Origin: Psychrobacter sp. DM4
Lineage (GTDB): Bacteria; Pseudomonadota; Gammaproteobacteria; Pseudomonadales; Moraxellaceae
Direction of reading: 5' to 3'
DNA: 32,000 nt
NCBI RefSeq assembly: GCF_051307035.1
Contig: NZ_CP195536.1
Coordinates: 2,100,001-2,132,000 of the forward strand
The notes beneath the pieces are model-generated. The model saw nothing but the letters and a program-made list of their open reading frames with translations, was not told the DNA's origin and ran no database searches. The position numbers and the translations under genes are program-made. Each line of letters opens with the position of its first letter. Within the stretch, counting starts at the first letter, position 1. This document shows positions 1 through 10,302 of this stretch, one piece after another.

Positions 1-24
1 ATCGACATCGATGTCTCGGCAGTC

Positions 25-2478
25 GTGCCAGAGACTGATGACACAATCATGGATAACAAGTCAGACCATTACTTGCCGCTATTAGCGCTACGTGATGTCG
101 TGGTGTATCCGCACATGCAAATCGCCCTATTCGTCGGCCGCGCGCCCTCGGTCAAAGCCGTTGAATTAGCACAGAGCGAGTACGGCAATAAAGTCCTAGT
201 CGTCGCGCAAAAAGACTCGCTGACAGAAGACATTGATCAAGATAACTTGTATCAGTACGGTACGGTTTGCCGCATCGTTAGCACCATGCCACATGACAGT
301 GATGAGAATTGCATAAAGGTACTTATCGAAGGCGAATACCGCGCCCGCGTTGATACGTTAGAAGATCATGGTGAGCTATTGATGGCAAGCTTTGAGCGTG
401 CTGATATCGACGTCGCTATGGACGACAGTCAACAAAAAAACACGATCAAAGCCCTCACTAGCTTGTTTGAGAGCTATGCTGATGCGCGCCTACGTAACGC
501 GCGTGAGTTGACTCGCGTCGCCAAACGCATAGACGACTTACTTGAGCTGGTATATTTCATCTCAACTCGCGTCTCAATGGATTTGGAGGTCAAGCAGTCG
601 TTCTTAGAAGACAATGACATCAAGACTCATATCAATACTTTGACTGAGTATCTGGTCAAGCAGAGCGCTGAGCAAAATATCGAACAAGATATCCAAGACG
701 CTGTGCGTCAGCAGATGGAAGACAACCAGCGCGAGTACTTCTTGAACGAAAAGATGAAAGCGATCAAGAATGAGCTGTCTGATATGAGCGACGGCGCGTT
801 CGATGGTGAAGATGATGTGGGTGAGCTTGAGCTACGCCTAGCAGACGCCGACTTGCCAGAAGATGTGCGCAAAAAAGCGGAACAAGAGATGAAGAAGCTC
901 AAGATGATGCCGCCGGCGTCCTCTGAGTCCTCGGTCGTGCGCAACTATATTGAGTGGATATTGGATACGCCGTGGAATGCGACGACCAAAGTATCAATCA
1001 ATTTAGAAAAAGCCAAAGCCACTCTAGATGAAGATCACTATGGTCTAAAAGATGTCAAAGATCGCATCTTAGAATACCTCGCCGTTCAATCACGAGTGAA
1101 AAAGCTTCGCGGTCCGATTCTTTGTCTCGTCGGTCCTCCTGGTGTTGGTAAAACTTCACTCGGTGAGTCGATTGCACGAGCAACGGGTCGTAAGTTCGTC
1201 CGTATGGCGCTCGGCGGCGTCCGTGATGAAGCGGAGATCCGTGGTCATCGTCGTACTTATATCGGTGCGATGCCGGGTAAGATCGTACAGTCTCTAGCCA
1301 AAGTAGAAGTCAAAAACCCGCTGTTCTTGTTAGATGAAGTGGACAAAATGGCGCAAGACTTCCGCGGTGATCCTGCATCAGCCTTGCTTGAGGTTCTTGA
1401 TCCCTCACAGAATGATACGTTCAACGACCATTATCTCGATATGGATTTGGACTTATCACAAGTGATGTTCATCTGTACCGCAAATAGCATGGATATCCCG
1501 CCTGCGCTGCTCGACCGTATGGAAGTCATCCGTCTGCCAGGTTATACCGAAGAAGAAAAGGTCAATATCGCTCAGAAGTATCTCGTACCAAAAGCGATCA
1601 AGCAAAATGGTCTAAAAGACGGTGAGATTGAGATTGTCGAGGCGGCGTTGCATAGCATCGTACGCAGCTATACGCGTGAAGCAGGCGTGCGTAACCTTGA
1701 GCGTGAAGTCAATAAAATCTGCCGCAAAGTGGTTCGCGGTTCGGTTGAGACTCATGGTGCACGTGCTCCGAAAAAAGACGACCGTCAGCTGGTCGTGGTC
1801 GATGACAGCAATATAGATGACTATCTTGGCGTACATCAGTTTGACTACGGTCTGGCTGAAAAAGACCCTGAGATTGGTCGCGTCACAGGACTTGCTTGGA
1901 CACAAGTCGGTGGCGAGCTGCTTACCATTGAAGCCGTCGCTATGAAAGGCAAAGGTGAGCTTAGCTTTACAGGATCCTTAGGTGACGTCATGAAAGAATC
2001 TATTCGCGCAGCGATGACCGTCGTTCGTGCTCGCGGCGATAGCTTAGGTATTGACTATGACACCTTCAAGACCACTGACGTCCATGTGCATATGCCAGAG
2101 GGTGCGACGCCAAAAGACGGTCCATCAGCAGGCGGCGCACTGACGACAGCCTTGGTCTCGGCGATTACAGGTATTGCTATCCGTCCTGATATTGCGATGA
2201 CAGGTGAGATTACTTTGCGTGGTAAGATCCTGCGCATCGGTGGTCTCAAAGAGAAGCTACTGGCAGCGCATCGCGGCGGTATCAAGCATGTATTGATTCC
2301 AGCCTCTAACGAGCGTGATTTGGCAGATATCCCTGATAACGTCAAAGAGGGTTTGACGATTCAGCCCGTAGCGACAATCGATGAAGTGCTTAAAGTGGCT
2401 TTGGTCAGTATACCAAAACCGCTTAAGCCTGCTAAAGCGGTGGTTGATAAAACGTCGGATAAAGCACTACGTAACTAA
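25..2478 (+). CDS. lon: ATP-dependent Lon protease (LonA type)
   Basis: 817-aa ORF with an N-terminal LON domain. AAA+ Walker A GPPGVGKTS and Walker B LFLLDEVDK are present. The C-terminal protease domain has the catalytic Ser motif PKDGPSAG and the Lys region GGLKEKLLAA. The ORF-track start is GTG at 25; an in-frame ATG at 49 (MDNKSDHYLPLL) is an alternative. Confidence 0.95.
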   Translation: MPETDDTIMDNKSDHYLPLLALRDVVVYPHMQIALFVGRAPSVKAVELAQSEYGNKVLVVAQKDSLTEDIDQDNLYQYGTVCRIVSTMPHDSDENCIKVLIEGEYRARVDTLEDHGELLMASFERADIDVAMDDSQQKNTIKALTSLFESYADARLRNARELTRVAKRIDDLLELVYFISTRVSMDLEVKQSFLEDNDIKTHINTLTEYLVKQSAEQNIEQDIQDAVRQQMEDNQREYFLNEKMKAIKNELSDMSDGAFDGEDDVGELELRLADADLPEDVRKKAEQEMKKLKMMPPASSESSVVRNYIEWILDTPWNATTKVSINLEKAKATLDEDHYGLKDVKDRILEYLAVQSRVKKLRGPILCLVGPPGVGKTSLGESIARATGRKFVRMALGGVRDEAEIRGHRRTYIGAMPGKIVQSLAKVEVKNPLFLLDEVDKMAQDFRGDPASALLEVLDPSQNDTFNDHYLDMDLDLSQVMFICTANSMDIPPALLDRMEVIRLPGYTEEEKVNIAQKYLVPKAIKQNGLKDGEIEIVEAALHSIVRSYTREAGVRNLEREVNKICRKVVRGSVETHGARAPKKDDRQLVVVDDSNIDDYLGVHQFDYGLAEKDPEIGRVTGLAWTQVGGELLTIEAVAMKGKGELSFTGSLGDVMKESIRAAMTVVRARGDSLGIDYDTFKTTDVHVHMPEGATPKDGPSAGGALTTALVSAITGIAIRPDIAMTGEITLRGKILRIGGLKEKLLAAHRGGIKHVLIPASNERDLADIPDNVKEGLTIQPVATIDEVLKVALVSIPKPLKPAKAVVDKTSDKALRN

Positions 2479-2521
2479 GCTTCGCTAAAATTCAACGAGC
2501 TTTGATAGTAACAAAATTAAA

Positions 2522-2556
2522 AAGCCGCTTATCTTTTATGATAGGCGGCTTTTTTG
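2522..2556 (+). terminator. Rho-independent terminator downstream of lon
   Basis: 12-bp stem aagccgcttatc / gataggcggctt (one G-U pair) with a 6-nt loop, followed by a T-run (ttttttg). It begins 44 nt after the lon stop codon. Confidence 0.8.
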
Positions 2557-2882
2557 TGCTGCAAAAATAGTCTAGATCAGACGCTATGCTATATCTTAAA
2601 GACATGTTTATCTGGTAACAACGATGGCTTTATTACTTACTCACTCAGAAACTAGATACCAGCGAGACGCTTATTTGGAAGAATGAAATAAATCAAGTGC
2701 GGTAAGAGACTTTCAAACCCCTACAATACTTACACTTATTAACTGATTGTTGCGCTTTTAATAAATAACTATGTCTACGTCTTGGCTATACTGATTTCGA
2801 CATTAACACTCTGTCTTATACCTTTGCGGTTAAAGACAATAAATAAAATTCTAAATCAATATGTAATCAATTGGAGAAAACA

Positions 2883-3440
2883 ATGAATAAGACTATGCTT
2901 GCAAGTGTCCTATTATGCGGTTCAGCTATAGCGATGACAGGTTGTCAAACGGTTCAAGATCAATTACAAACCGGTAACCCACTCAATCAACCAACGCTCA
3001 AATCTACAGTTAATACTGTCGATGGTAATGATACTGAAGTCGGACAGCTATTTTTGCGTCCTGTCGATGGCGGTGTACAAGTTTATGGTAAGCTTATGAA
3101 TTTGGCACCTGGTAAAACAGTCGCTTTACACATTCATGAGACAGGTAGCTGCGCTATGATGGGCAAAGCCGCTGGCGGTCACTTCAATCCTGACAACTAC
3201 CCGCATTCTAACCCTGAAGATGTGATGGGTCATGCTGGCGATTTGCCGAACCTAACGGCGAACGAAGATGGCGTTGCTACTATTAACTTTGTAAACAAGC
3301 AAATAACAGCGACGCCAGCTGGCAAATATAGTGTCAACCGTTTGGCCTTTATCGTACATAGTAATGCCGATGATTATACTAGCCAACCATCAGGAAACTC
3401 AGGCGATCGTATTGCCTGCGGTATCATTGAAAAGAGCTGA
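2883..3440 (+). CDS. sodC: Periplasmic Cu/Zn superoxide dismutase, lipoprotein form
   Basis: Cu/Zn-SOD metal-ligand motifs are present: HIHETGSC, GGHFNP, HAGDLPNL and GDRIACGII. There is a signal peptide with lipobox AMTGC. The ORF-track start is TTG at 2871, but ATG at 2883 sits 6 nt after a GGAG (2873-2876), so I prefer it. Confidence 0.9.
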   Translation: MNKTMLASVLLCGSAIAMTGCQTVQDQLQTGNPLNQPTLKSTVNTVDGNDTEVGQLFLRPVDGGVQVYGKLMNLAPGKTVALHIHETGSCAMMGKAAGGHFNPDNYPHSNPEDVMGHAGDLPNLTANEDGVATINFVNKQITATPAGKYSVNRLAFIVHSNADDYTSQPSGNSGDRIACGIIEKS

Positions 3441-3470
3441 TAAGCTTTTAAAGATTTAAAATTAGACAGT

Positions 3471-3504
3471 AAAAAACCTCTTAGATTGCTAAGAGGTTTT
3501 TTTA
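3471..3504. terminator. Bidirectional rho-independent terminator between convergent sodC and topA
   Basis: Perfect 9-bp stem aacctctta / taagaggtt with a 6-nt loop. It is flanked by an A-run on the left and a T-run on the right, so it can terminate both strands. Confidence 0.8.
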
Positions 3505-3538
3505 TTGAAAATATGAGCTGGTAGGTAGTAAGAAGAGA

Positions 3539-6256
3539 CTACTCTTCTACCCACTCGCCTTTACGCCAATAAACACCCCAGCGCGTGGCTTTACCATTTT
3601 TCTCAGAACCGATGTACTGCTCTTTTTTCTTACGCGACCAACGCAAAATAGTTGAATTGCCATCAGGGTCTTCGTCAGGTCCTTCAAATAAGTACTGGAA
3701 CTTGTCTTCCATCTTATCTTTGATTTCTCGTAATTCGGCTAGTTTTGGCGGACGTGTCTCACGCACCTTTGGAAACTTGGACGCGGCTAAGAACATCCCA
3801 GCTGCCCCTTCACGCAAGATAAAGTAATCATCATGCTTGGTGGACTTGAGATCCGGCAAGTGGATAGGATCCATACGCGGCGGCGCAGGCTCACCCGTTT
3901 TGAGTACTTTGCGCGTATTGTCACAGTTTTGACAAGCAAAATAAGGACCAAAGCGTCCAGTCTTTAGCTCCATTTGTCCATCGCACTTATTACAATCGAT
4001 AGTAGGCGCATCAGAGCCTGGAACTTCAAATTTGCCTTCTTCTAGAATATAACCGTCACAATCTGGATTATTGCCACAAATATGCAATTTAAGACCGCCG
4101 TCAACGATATAGCCGTTCATCGCCGTACCGTCTTTGGGACAGCGTTTTTTCTCCATCAAGTCTTTGACTTCAGCCGCTTCGTCATCGCCCTCCGCATCGT
4201 CAAGATTGGCAAAGGCTTCAACGGGCATCAAATTCTTGGTACCTTTACAGCGCTCTTTTGGCGGTAGATTGTAGCCTGTGCACCCTAAGAATACTCCTGT
4301 TGAACCCGTGCGCAGTTGCATCGGACGCGCGCATATATCACAGTGTACATCGGGCACATCGGTGGGGTCATTGGGACGCATGCCATCCTTGTCTTTGGCA
4401 TGTTCAACTTTCTTTTTAAAGTCTCCATAGAAGTTATCTAACACATCTTTCCAATCAGTGTCGCCTTCTGCCACATGGTCAAGCTTGTCCTCAAGCGCGG
4501 CGGTAAAGGTATAATCCATCAAATCAGGAAAGCTATCTGTTAATCTATCAGTGACAATATCGCCCATCTTTTCGGCAAACAGGCGCTTATTCTCAAGTTT
4601 GACATAACCGCGATCTTGAATGGTTGAGATGATCGACGCATAAGTCGAGGGACGACCGATACCCTTCTTCTCAAGCTCTTTGACGAGGCTGGCCTCAGTA
4701 TAGCGCGGCGGCGGCTTGGTAAAGTGCTGGCTGGGGTCGAGCTTATCGAGTATGAGCTTGTCGCCTTTTTTGACATCAGGCAGCAAGGTATCATCGGTTT
4801 TGGCAGGCGGCATCACACGAGTAAACCCGTCAAAGGTCATGGTACGACCACGGGCTTTTAGCTCGACGTTACCCGCTTCTACAAATAGATTGACCGATAG
4901 ATACTTGGCTGGCAACATCTGACAGGCCACAAACTGACGCCAGATCAGCTCGTAGAGACGAATAGCATCGCGCTCTACGCCTTTGAGTTGAGTGGATTTC
5001 ATATTAACGTTAGAGGGTCTGATTGCTTCATGCGCCTCTTGCGCGTTTTGCTTATTGCCATAAAAGTTGGGCTTTTCTGGTACGTAATTTTTGCCGTAGC
5101 TGTCTTCGATATAGCCGCGAGCATTGGCTAGTGCGTCCCCTGACAAGAATGTCGAGTCGGTACGCATATAAGTAATATGACCCGCCTCATAAAGACGCTG
5201 CGCTAATATCATGGTCTTTTTGACTGAGAACCCTAGGCGCGTACTGGCCGCTTGTTGCAACGTTGAGGTGATAAACGGCGCGCTAGGACGCGACTGTGTC
5301 GGCTTCTCTTCACGCTCTTTGACGATATAGTCGTTCGATTTGAGAACGTCTAAAACTTTATCAGTCTGCTCTTTATTGACCAGTTTGAGGTTTTTGTTAT
5401 CCTGCTTGGTGGCCTCTAAGCGGATGCTTATATCTGCTTCTTTTTTGTCATCGATATGCGTGTCAGCATGGATCTGCCAATACTCTTCTGGAATAAAAGC
5501 ACGAATCTCATGCTCACGCTCAACGACCAGACGCATAGCGACCGACTGTACGCGCCCTGCTGATAAGCCGCGAGCGACCTTTTGCCAGAGGATTGGCGAG
5601 ACCATAAAACCGACAACGCGATCCAAAAATCGTCTTGCTTGCTGCGCATTGACGCGGTCGATGTCGAGCTTTGAGGGCTGCTTAAAGGCGTTTTGAATCG
5701 CCGATTTGGTAATCTCGTTAAAGACCACGCGCTGATACTTACTATCAGGCCCACCGATGACTTCTTTAAGATGCCAAGCGATAGCCTCTCCCTCGCGATC
5801 CATATCCGTTGCTAGATAAATGGTATCGGCGTCTTTGGCGAGTGCTTTGAGCTCTTTGATGACCTTGGTTTTGTTTGGTAGCACTTCATAGACCGCTTTC
5901 CAGCCGTGTTCAGGATCAACCCCCATACGGCGTACCAACGCTTGCTGGGCTTTTTCTTCTTTTGATAGCGTCTCGTCTTTATTAGCGGTGGTTTTTTTGG
6001 CGCTTTTACTTGCGCCTACAGGTAGGTCACGCACATGACCGATACTTGAGCGTACAACGAAGTCGGTGCCTAAATATTTATTGATGGTTTTTGCTTTGGC
6101 GGGGGATTCGACGATCACCAACGATTTGCCTTTAGAGAGAGTACTACCCTCTGAATCAGCCGCTTTAGTGCTCTTTGAAGCTCGAGGCTTTTTGGCACTG
6201 CCGGTAGCTTTGATGGTTCTTTTAGTTGTGGTTTTTGCCATATCAGACGACACCAT
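3539..6256 (-). CDS. topA: DNA topoisomerase I
   Basis: 905-aa ORF. Toprim start [18 protein letters not shown], DxD region [11 protein letters not shown] and active-site Tyr region [10 protein letters not shown] are present. There are several C-terminal zinc-ribbon repeats ([39 protein letters not shown]). A Lys/Ala/Ser-rich N-terminal tail precedes the Toprim domain. An alternative ATG lies at 6241. Confidence 0.95.
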   Translation of the reverse strand: MVSSDMAKTTTKRTIKATGSAKKPRASKSTKAADSEGSTLSKGKSLVIVESPAKAKTINKYLGTDFVVRSSIGHVRDLPVGASKSAKKTTANKDETLSKEEKAQQALVRRMGVDPEHGWKAVYEVLPNKTKVIKELKALAKDADTIYLATDMDREGEAIAWHLKEVIGGPDSKYQRVVFNEITKSAIQNAFKQPSKLDIDRVNAQQARRFLDRVVGFMVSPILWQKVARGLSAGRVQSVAMRLVVEREHEIRAFIPEEYWQIHADTHIDDKKEADISIRLEATKQDNKNLKLVNKEQTDKVLDVLKSNDYIVKEREEKPTQSRPSAPFITSTLQQAASTRLGFSVKKTMILAQRLYEAGHITYMRTDSTFLSGDALANARGYIEDSYGKNYVPEKPNFYGNKQNAQEAHEAIRPSNVNMKSTQLKGVERDAIRLYELIWRQFVACQMLPAKYLSVNLFVEAGNVELKARGRTMTFDGFTRVMPPAKTDDTLLPDVKKGDKLILDKLDPSQHFTKPPPRYTEASLVKELEKKGIGRPSTYASIISTIQDRGYVKLENKRLFAEKMGDIVTDRLTDSFPDLMDYTFTAALEDKLDHVAEGDTDWKDVLDNFYGDFKKKVEHAKDKDGMRPNDPTDVPDVHCDICARPMQLRTGSTGVFLGCTGYNLPPKERCKGTKNLMPVEAFANLDDAEGDDEAAEVKDLMEKKRCPKDGTAMNGYIVDGGLKLHICGNNPDCDGYILEEGKFEVPGSDAPTIDCNKCDGQMELKTGRFGPYFACQNCDNTRKVLKTGEPAPPRMDPIHLPDLKSTKHDDYFILREGAAGMFLAASKFPKVRETRPPKLAELREIKDKMEDKFQYLFEGPDEDPDGNSTILRWSRKKKEQYIGSEKNGKATRWGVYWRKGEWVEE

Positions 6257-6471
6257 AATAAAGGGATTAAAAGGGGTTACAAATAACTAGATAAGAGTTG
6301 ATTATAAAAATAATAGTATCTAAAACAGAGTATCAGGTTACCCATAATAGATAGATAACCGTAACCTAATTACAAAGACGTTACACTGCTATGAGTTGGG
6401 ATGTCAACTGTAAAACAGCGCTTTGCCTAAAACAGTTTGGATAATAAAAGAGGTTTTGCTGTTAAGCCATG

Positions 6472-7110
6472 CTAAATTATTGGCAATTGGCTTGCACTTT
6501 TTTGTGCGTTTTGCACTTGTAATGCCCATTTTTCTAACTGGGTTTTGAGCACCGATAGGTCAGGCTCAATGTTATACGATTTATAAGCAGGATTGGTCGA
6601 TGGGCGCACATAGTCGATATCCTCCCAATAGATAATCACGCTATTGGCCTGAGTAATGAGCGCCTTGACAAACGGCTCTATGGTTGGCGGTAGCTCAAGC
6701 GGCACCTTGTCTAAACTAAAATCTATCTTGGGCGGTAGCTTTGTTTTACTCATCTGAGTACTTGTGCGTACCGCCGTTGGAATATCGAGCTTGGTACTTG
6801 TATCTACCACAGTATCTTTGGTGCTGTTATCTGCACGCCACTCACCATTGATAGCTTTGTAGCGTGTATGGGGCATTTTGATGTTGTCTAACACTAGGCC
6901 ATACTGCCCTATCATACCGCGCCCCATCTCGTTATCACGGCCTTGCATCCACTCAGGACAAGCAACGAGCTTTGGGTTAAGTTGCATACGACGCGCCTCG
7001 ATACGCAGCTTGTCTAAACGCTGATCGATACCGCTAGGTTTGAGCGCCATCATACTGCCTAGTACGAACATTACGATAAGAATGGCGATCCATATTCCCA
7101 TGACAATCAA
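6472..7110 (-). CDS. Hypothetical N-terminally membrane-anchored protein
   Basis: 212-aa ORF with a single N-terminal hydrophobic helix (GIWIAILIVMFVLGSMMAL) followed by a soluble domain. I recognise no family motif. Coding potential is inferred from length and the clean intergenic flanks. Confidence 0.65.
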   Translation of the reverse strand: MIVMGIWIAILIVMFVLGSMMALKPSGIDQRLDKLRIEARRMQLNPKLVACPEWMQGRDNEMGRGMIGQYGLVLDNIKMPHTRYKAINGEWRADNSTKDTVVDTSTKLDIPTAVRTSTQMSKTKLPPKIDFSLDKVPLELPPTIEPFVKALITQANSVIIYWEDIDYVRPSTNPAYKSYNIEPDLSVLKTQLEKWALQVQNAQKSASQLPII

Positions 7111-7348
7111 ACCCTAAAGCAAAATAGTGAAGTAAAGCAGTAGCCGCTACTTATAATGAGTGTACATATTCAAAAATCAAGCTTGAGCGAATAGCAGGCG
7201 ATAAAGACATGAGCATCTATCTACCGTTATATACTTAGCTTTCAAGCACTTAACGACAAAAATTATGCTCGGTAACAAGACGCAAAAAGTTACGGCGTGT
7301 AAAAAGGTGCTATCATAAACCATAACTCCCGATGCGCGCAGGTTTATT

Positions 7349-7873
7349 ATGATTCCCTTATTAGCTGTATTTCAGTCAAAGTTGCAAAGCTCATCGATGA
7401 TGGGCAAATCTAGTCTGACTTTATCTGTTGTAGGCGCCGCTTTGCTCGCTTTGTCTGGCTGCGCCACTACCCAAAAGAGTCTCACACCAGAGCAGTGTCA
7501 AGGCAGTAACTGGCAAGAGGTCGGCTATGTCGATGGTATGCGCGGTCGCTCAGGCGCTTATTTTGGTTACTATACCAATAGCTGCGCTAGCGTCGTTGGT
7601 GCGACGCCCAATCGCGTTATGTGGGAGCAAGGTCGCCAGCAAGGGCTAAAGACTTATTGTACGGAGCTAAATGCTTACAAGGTTGGGCGCGAAGGCTATG
7701 ACTGGCAGCCGGTCTGTCCACTTGAGGGTATTGAGAAGTTAGAGGAAGCCTACTCGCAAGGGCGCTACTATTATATCCGCCAGCGTGATCTTGACTATCT
7801 GCGCTCGCCCTATCCCTTTGGTTTTAGCGGCTACGGTCGCTACGGTTATGGGCCGTTTGGCTATGGCTGGTAG
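7349..7873 (+). CDS. Lipoprotein, DUF2799-like, with Gly/Tyr-rich C-terminal tail
   Basis: Lipobox LALSGC is present. Repeated Cys-containing units (C..NW.EVGYVDG.RG, YC..LNAY..GREGY....VCP) fit my recollection of the DUF2799 lipoprotein pattern. The C-terminus is YPFGFSGYGRYGYGPFGYGW. The true start may be the ATG at 7397 (MMGKSSLTL...). Confidence 0.7.
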   Translation: MIPLLAVFQSKLQSSSMMGKSSLTLSVVGAALLALSGCATTQKSLTPEQCQGSNWQEVGYVDGMRGRSGAYFGYYTNSCASVVGATPNRVMWEQGRQQGLKTYCTELNAYKVGREGYDWQPVCPLEGIEKLEEAYSQGRYYYIRQRDLDYLRSPYPFGFSGYGRYGYGPFGYGW

Positions 7874-7920
7874 TCCCTTAAAAGGTAAATTAGAAAAGGT
7901 AAAGAAAACCTTGTCAAATA

Positions 7921-7946
7921 AAAACCTCGCTTAGTCAAAGCGAGGT
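7921..7946 (-). terminator. Rho-independent terminator downstream of exbD
   Basis: 8-bp stem cctcgctt / aagcgagg (7925-7932 / 7938-7945). On the minus strand it is followed by TTTTTATTT. It lies about 100 nt after the exbD stop. Confidence 0.7.
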
Positions 7947-8048
7947 CGGAGATAGCGTTATTATTTTAATTTTCATTGTGATTGTTTTGATCATATTTTT
8001 GCTTGGAGCTTTGCTAATTTATTTAGCCCGCTTATTTTTGTAAAAACC

Positions 8049-8450
8049 TTATTCATTGACAAAAGCTATCTTGGTCAGTCCCGCTGTACTCGCTGCCGCT
8101 AGTACTTGTGCGACAGTATCGTACTTACTGTCTTTATCAGCACGCAAATGAATTGAGGGCTCATCATCCGCCTGCCCTTCTAAGCTTAGCCGTGAGTTTA
8201 ACTCCTCCATAGTAATCGCCTCATCATCCCAAAATAGTCCAGCATCTTTATCGATACTAATCTGAATGACCTCTTCTGGCGTCTCGTTAACCTGCGCGCT
8301 AGTCTGCGGTAGATCCAGCGGCACCGTTGGATTGAGTACTGTCGCGGTCAATAGAAATATAATCATCAAGACGAGCATGACATCAATGAGCGGAATAAGG
8401 TTCATCTCATTCATGCTCTGCGTGTCATCGTCACCCAATTGAAATGCCAT
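8049..8450 (-). CDS. exbD: Biopolymer transport protein ExbD/TolR family
   Basis: 133 aa. The N-terminal segment MNLIPLIDVMLVLMIIFLL (conserved Asp in the TM helix) is followed by a periplasmic domain. It lies immediately downstream of exbB and tonB. Confidence 0.9.
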   Translation of the reverse strand: MAFQLGDDDTQSMNEMNLIPLIDVMLVLMIIFLLTATVLNPTVPLDLPQTSAQVNETPEEVIQISIDKDAGLFWDDEAITMEELNSRLSLEGQADDEPSIHLRADKDSKYDTVAQVLAAASTAGLTKIAFVNE

Positions 8451-8475
8451 AATATTCTCAATGTTTTGTCGGTAT

Positions 8476-9063
8476 TTATATGTTCTTTGCGATATCAGTC
8501 GCTGTACTGGACGTCATCGATTGTGCCAACAATTCATGCGCGCGGTCATTGGCATGATACATAACGCGGCGATTGATACGGATAGCTAAGTTATAAAACA
8601 CCACTGCGGGAATAGCGACTGCGATGCCAAGTCCTGTCATGATCAGCGCCTCACCTACAGGACCTGCTACTTGCGCAAGCCCCGCTTGACCTGTGCTACC
8701 GATATTACTGAGCGCATGAAAGATACCCCATACCGTACCGAACAATCCGATAAAGGGCGCAATAGCCGCCGTCGTCCCTAATATAGGCAGTCCGCGCTCA
8801 CTAGCAAAACGATAGCGGCCGATATGCTTGAGTAGCGCCTGCTCTATAACCAAGCGGCGAGTAGCAACATCACCTGTGCTCAGATCTGTCTGTTTGGCTT
8901 GAATCTGCGCGCTCAAATCGTCCGCTACCGTGCTTGCCAAGTTGCGGCTTTGAATAATACGGATAATACCGGTCACCCAAGAGAGTATCGATAGCGCGAG
9001 TAGTATAAAAAACAGCGCCTTTGTCACCATATCGCTGTATTGCCAGTAGCTCATAAAGTCCAT
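8476..9063 (-). CDS. exbB: MotA/TolQ/ExbB proton-channel protein
   Basis: 195 aa with three TM helices. The conserved region is APFIGLFGTVWGIFHAL...GPVGEALIMTGLGIAVAIPAV. Operon context is with tonB and exbD. Confidence 0.9.
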   Translation of the reverse strand: MDFMSYWQYSDMVTKALFFILLALSILSWVTGIIRIIQSRNLASTVADDLSAQIQAKQTDLSTGDVATRRLVIEQALLKHIGRYRFASERGLPILGTTAAIAPFIGLFGTVWGIFHALSNIGSTGQAGLAQVAGPVGEALIMTGLGIAVAIPAVVFYNLAIRINRRVMYHANDRAHELLAQSMTSSTATDIAKNI

Positions 9064-9159
9064 GTAGACTCCTAGTGTGTTGCTTGGTTTAGATATAAAG
9101 AATTAATAGCTCTGAATTTATAAAATGACTATTTTTGCAATTTCTTGTCATCTCTGTCG

Positions 9160-10146
9160 TTATAGTGTCATACGAAACGAAAAATTAGCTATGCTTTTAG
9201 TAGGAGCATTACCTCTTGTAGCAGGATTTAGTTTAGCTCTGGATAAAGCGTTTACAAAATCTCTATCAAATGCGTTTTTGCCTGAGCTTTGAGATATTTT
9301 TATATTACTTATATTACCACTTGAGTCCACCGTCATACTCACTCTAATTGAAGCTTCAGACCCTCTAAAACCATAATTTTTATTTTGGATAGAGGTAAAT
9401 ACAGGTTCTCTTAACCAGCTTGACTGACCTATGTTGCCATAAGCGGCAGGCTCATTACTTGTCGCTTGCGCTGCAGCTTCTTGTTCTACCTGTGCTTGTG
9501 CGGATGCTAAAGCTTGCCGCTCAGCGACTCTTTTTTGCGCTTCTTTAGCAGCATTGGCTTTATCTTGTGCCTCTTTTTGCGCTTGCTGCTGTTTACGCAG
9601 ATTCTCTGCCTGTAATGCCGTCTCAGCCTCAGCTTGTGCGGCTAACACTCTCTGCTGCTTCCTAAGCCTTTGAGCACTAAGCTCTTCTTGTGTAGAGGTA
9701 TTAGCTACTTGAACTGGCTGTTTTTTGATGGGCTGCTGCGGCGCCTTGGGCTTATCTTCTACTACTTTATCCTTTGATTCTACAACTTTTCTATCTTCAT
9801 TAACCGTCTGTTTTTTGACGACAGGCGTAGACTTATTAGTAGGCTCAAGCTTTTTGACAACTTGCGGCTTAACAGCAGCGATAGATTTGGCTTTGGGCTG
9901 AACGTTATCCTCTCTTGTAGGCTCTACCTCTACTTCTTTGGTCACTATCTGTTCGATATTAACAGGCGGCGTTACTAGCTCAATCTCTATCGGCGTAACC
10001 TCATCTGCTTCAAGTGGCTGGGCTGGGACAGATTGCGGCTTTATCATGACCAATGCCATCGCGGTCAAGACGTGCAAACTCACCACGACACCGATGACAA
10101 TCAGTATGAGTTTATACGGTGATGAGTGGCTAGTAGTCGAATTCAT
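9160..10146 (-). CDS. tonB: Energy transducer TonB
   Basis: 328 aa. The N-terminal anchor has an S-x-x-x-H-like SLHV motif. A Pro/Lys/Val-rich segment follows, then a long Gln/Ala/Glu/Lys-rich segment. The C-terminal TonB fold region is IRVSMTVDSSGNISNIKISQSSGKNAFDRDFVNAL. Confidence 0.85.
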   Translation of the reverse strand: MNSTTSHSSPYKLILIVIGVVVSLHVLTAMALVMIKPQSVPAQPLEADEVTPIEIELVTPPVNIEQIVTKEVEVEPTREDNVQPKAKSIAAVKPQVVKKLEPTNKSTPVVKKQTVNEDRKVVESKDKVVEDKPKAPQQPIKKQPVQVANTSTQEELSAQRLRKQQRVLAAQAEAETALQAENLRKQQQAQKEAQDKANAAKEAQKRVAERQALASAQAQVEQEAAAQATSNEPAAYGNIGQSSWLREPVFTSIQNKNYGFRGSEASIRVSMTVDSSGNISNIKISQSSGKNAFDRDFVNALSRAKLNPATRGNAPTKSIANFSFRMTL

Positions 10147-10256
10147 AACGCTCTACAGCTTAGGTTAATGGCACAAGAATTTTGAGTAATTATCTATTAT
10201 GAGTAAGCATTGTAGAAAATTGAAAGGCTCAAACTCAGAGATGGCTAGATGATATT

Positions 10257-10275
10257 ATAAATGAGAATCATTATC
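10257..10275. promoter_or_regulatory. Fur-box-like operator upstream of tonB-exbB-exbD
   Basis: ataaatgagaatcattatc matches the 19-bp Fur consensus GATAATGATAATCATTATC at 15/19 positions. It lies 111-129 nt upstream of the tonB start, in the gap after the PepSY gene. Confidence 0.65.
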
Positions 10276-10302
10276 AATAATAATTTTAAAACTAGTCGTA
10301 CT

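Noticed and set aside
708-2345. Antisense or alternative-frame ORFs inside lon (708-944, 1612-1905, 1622-1816, 2055-2345)
   Set aside because: They lie wholly within a strongly supported lon reading frame. Their translations are low-complexity and Ser/Arg/Ala-rich, typical of shadow frames. No independent start or SD context was seen.
2557-2870. About 310 bp of non-coding DNA after lon, where many gammaproteobacteria carry hupB
   Set aside because: I see no ORF, tRNA-like T-arm, terminator-bounded unit or notable repeat. It probably holds just the sodC promoter region. Absence of hupB here is a synteny difference, not a feature.
3585-6290. Six short ORFs overlapping topA on either strand (3585-3827, 4082-4267, 4540-4794, 4716-4922, 5340-5696, 5428-5754) and 6066-6290
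   Set aside because: They are shadow ORFs of a long, well-supported gene. They have no recognisable motifs and a biased composition consistent with off-frame translation.
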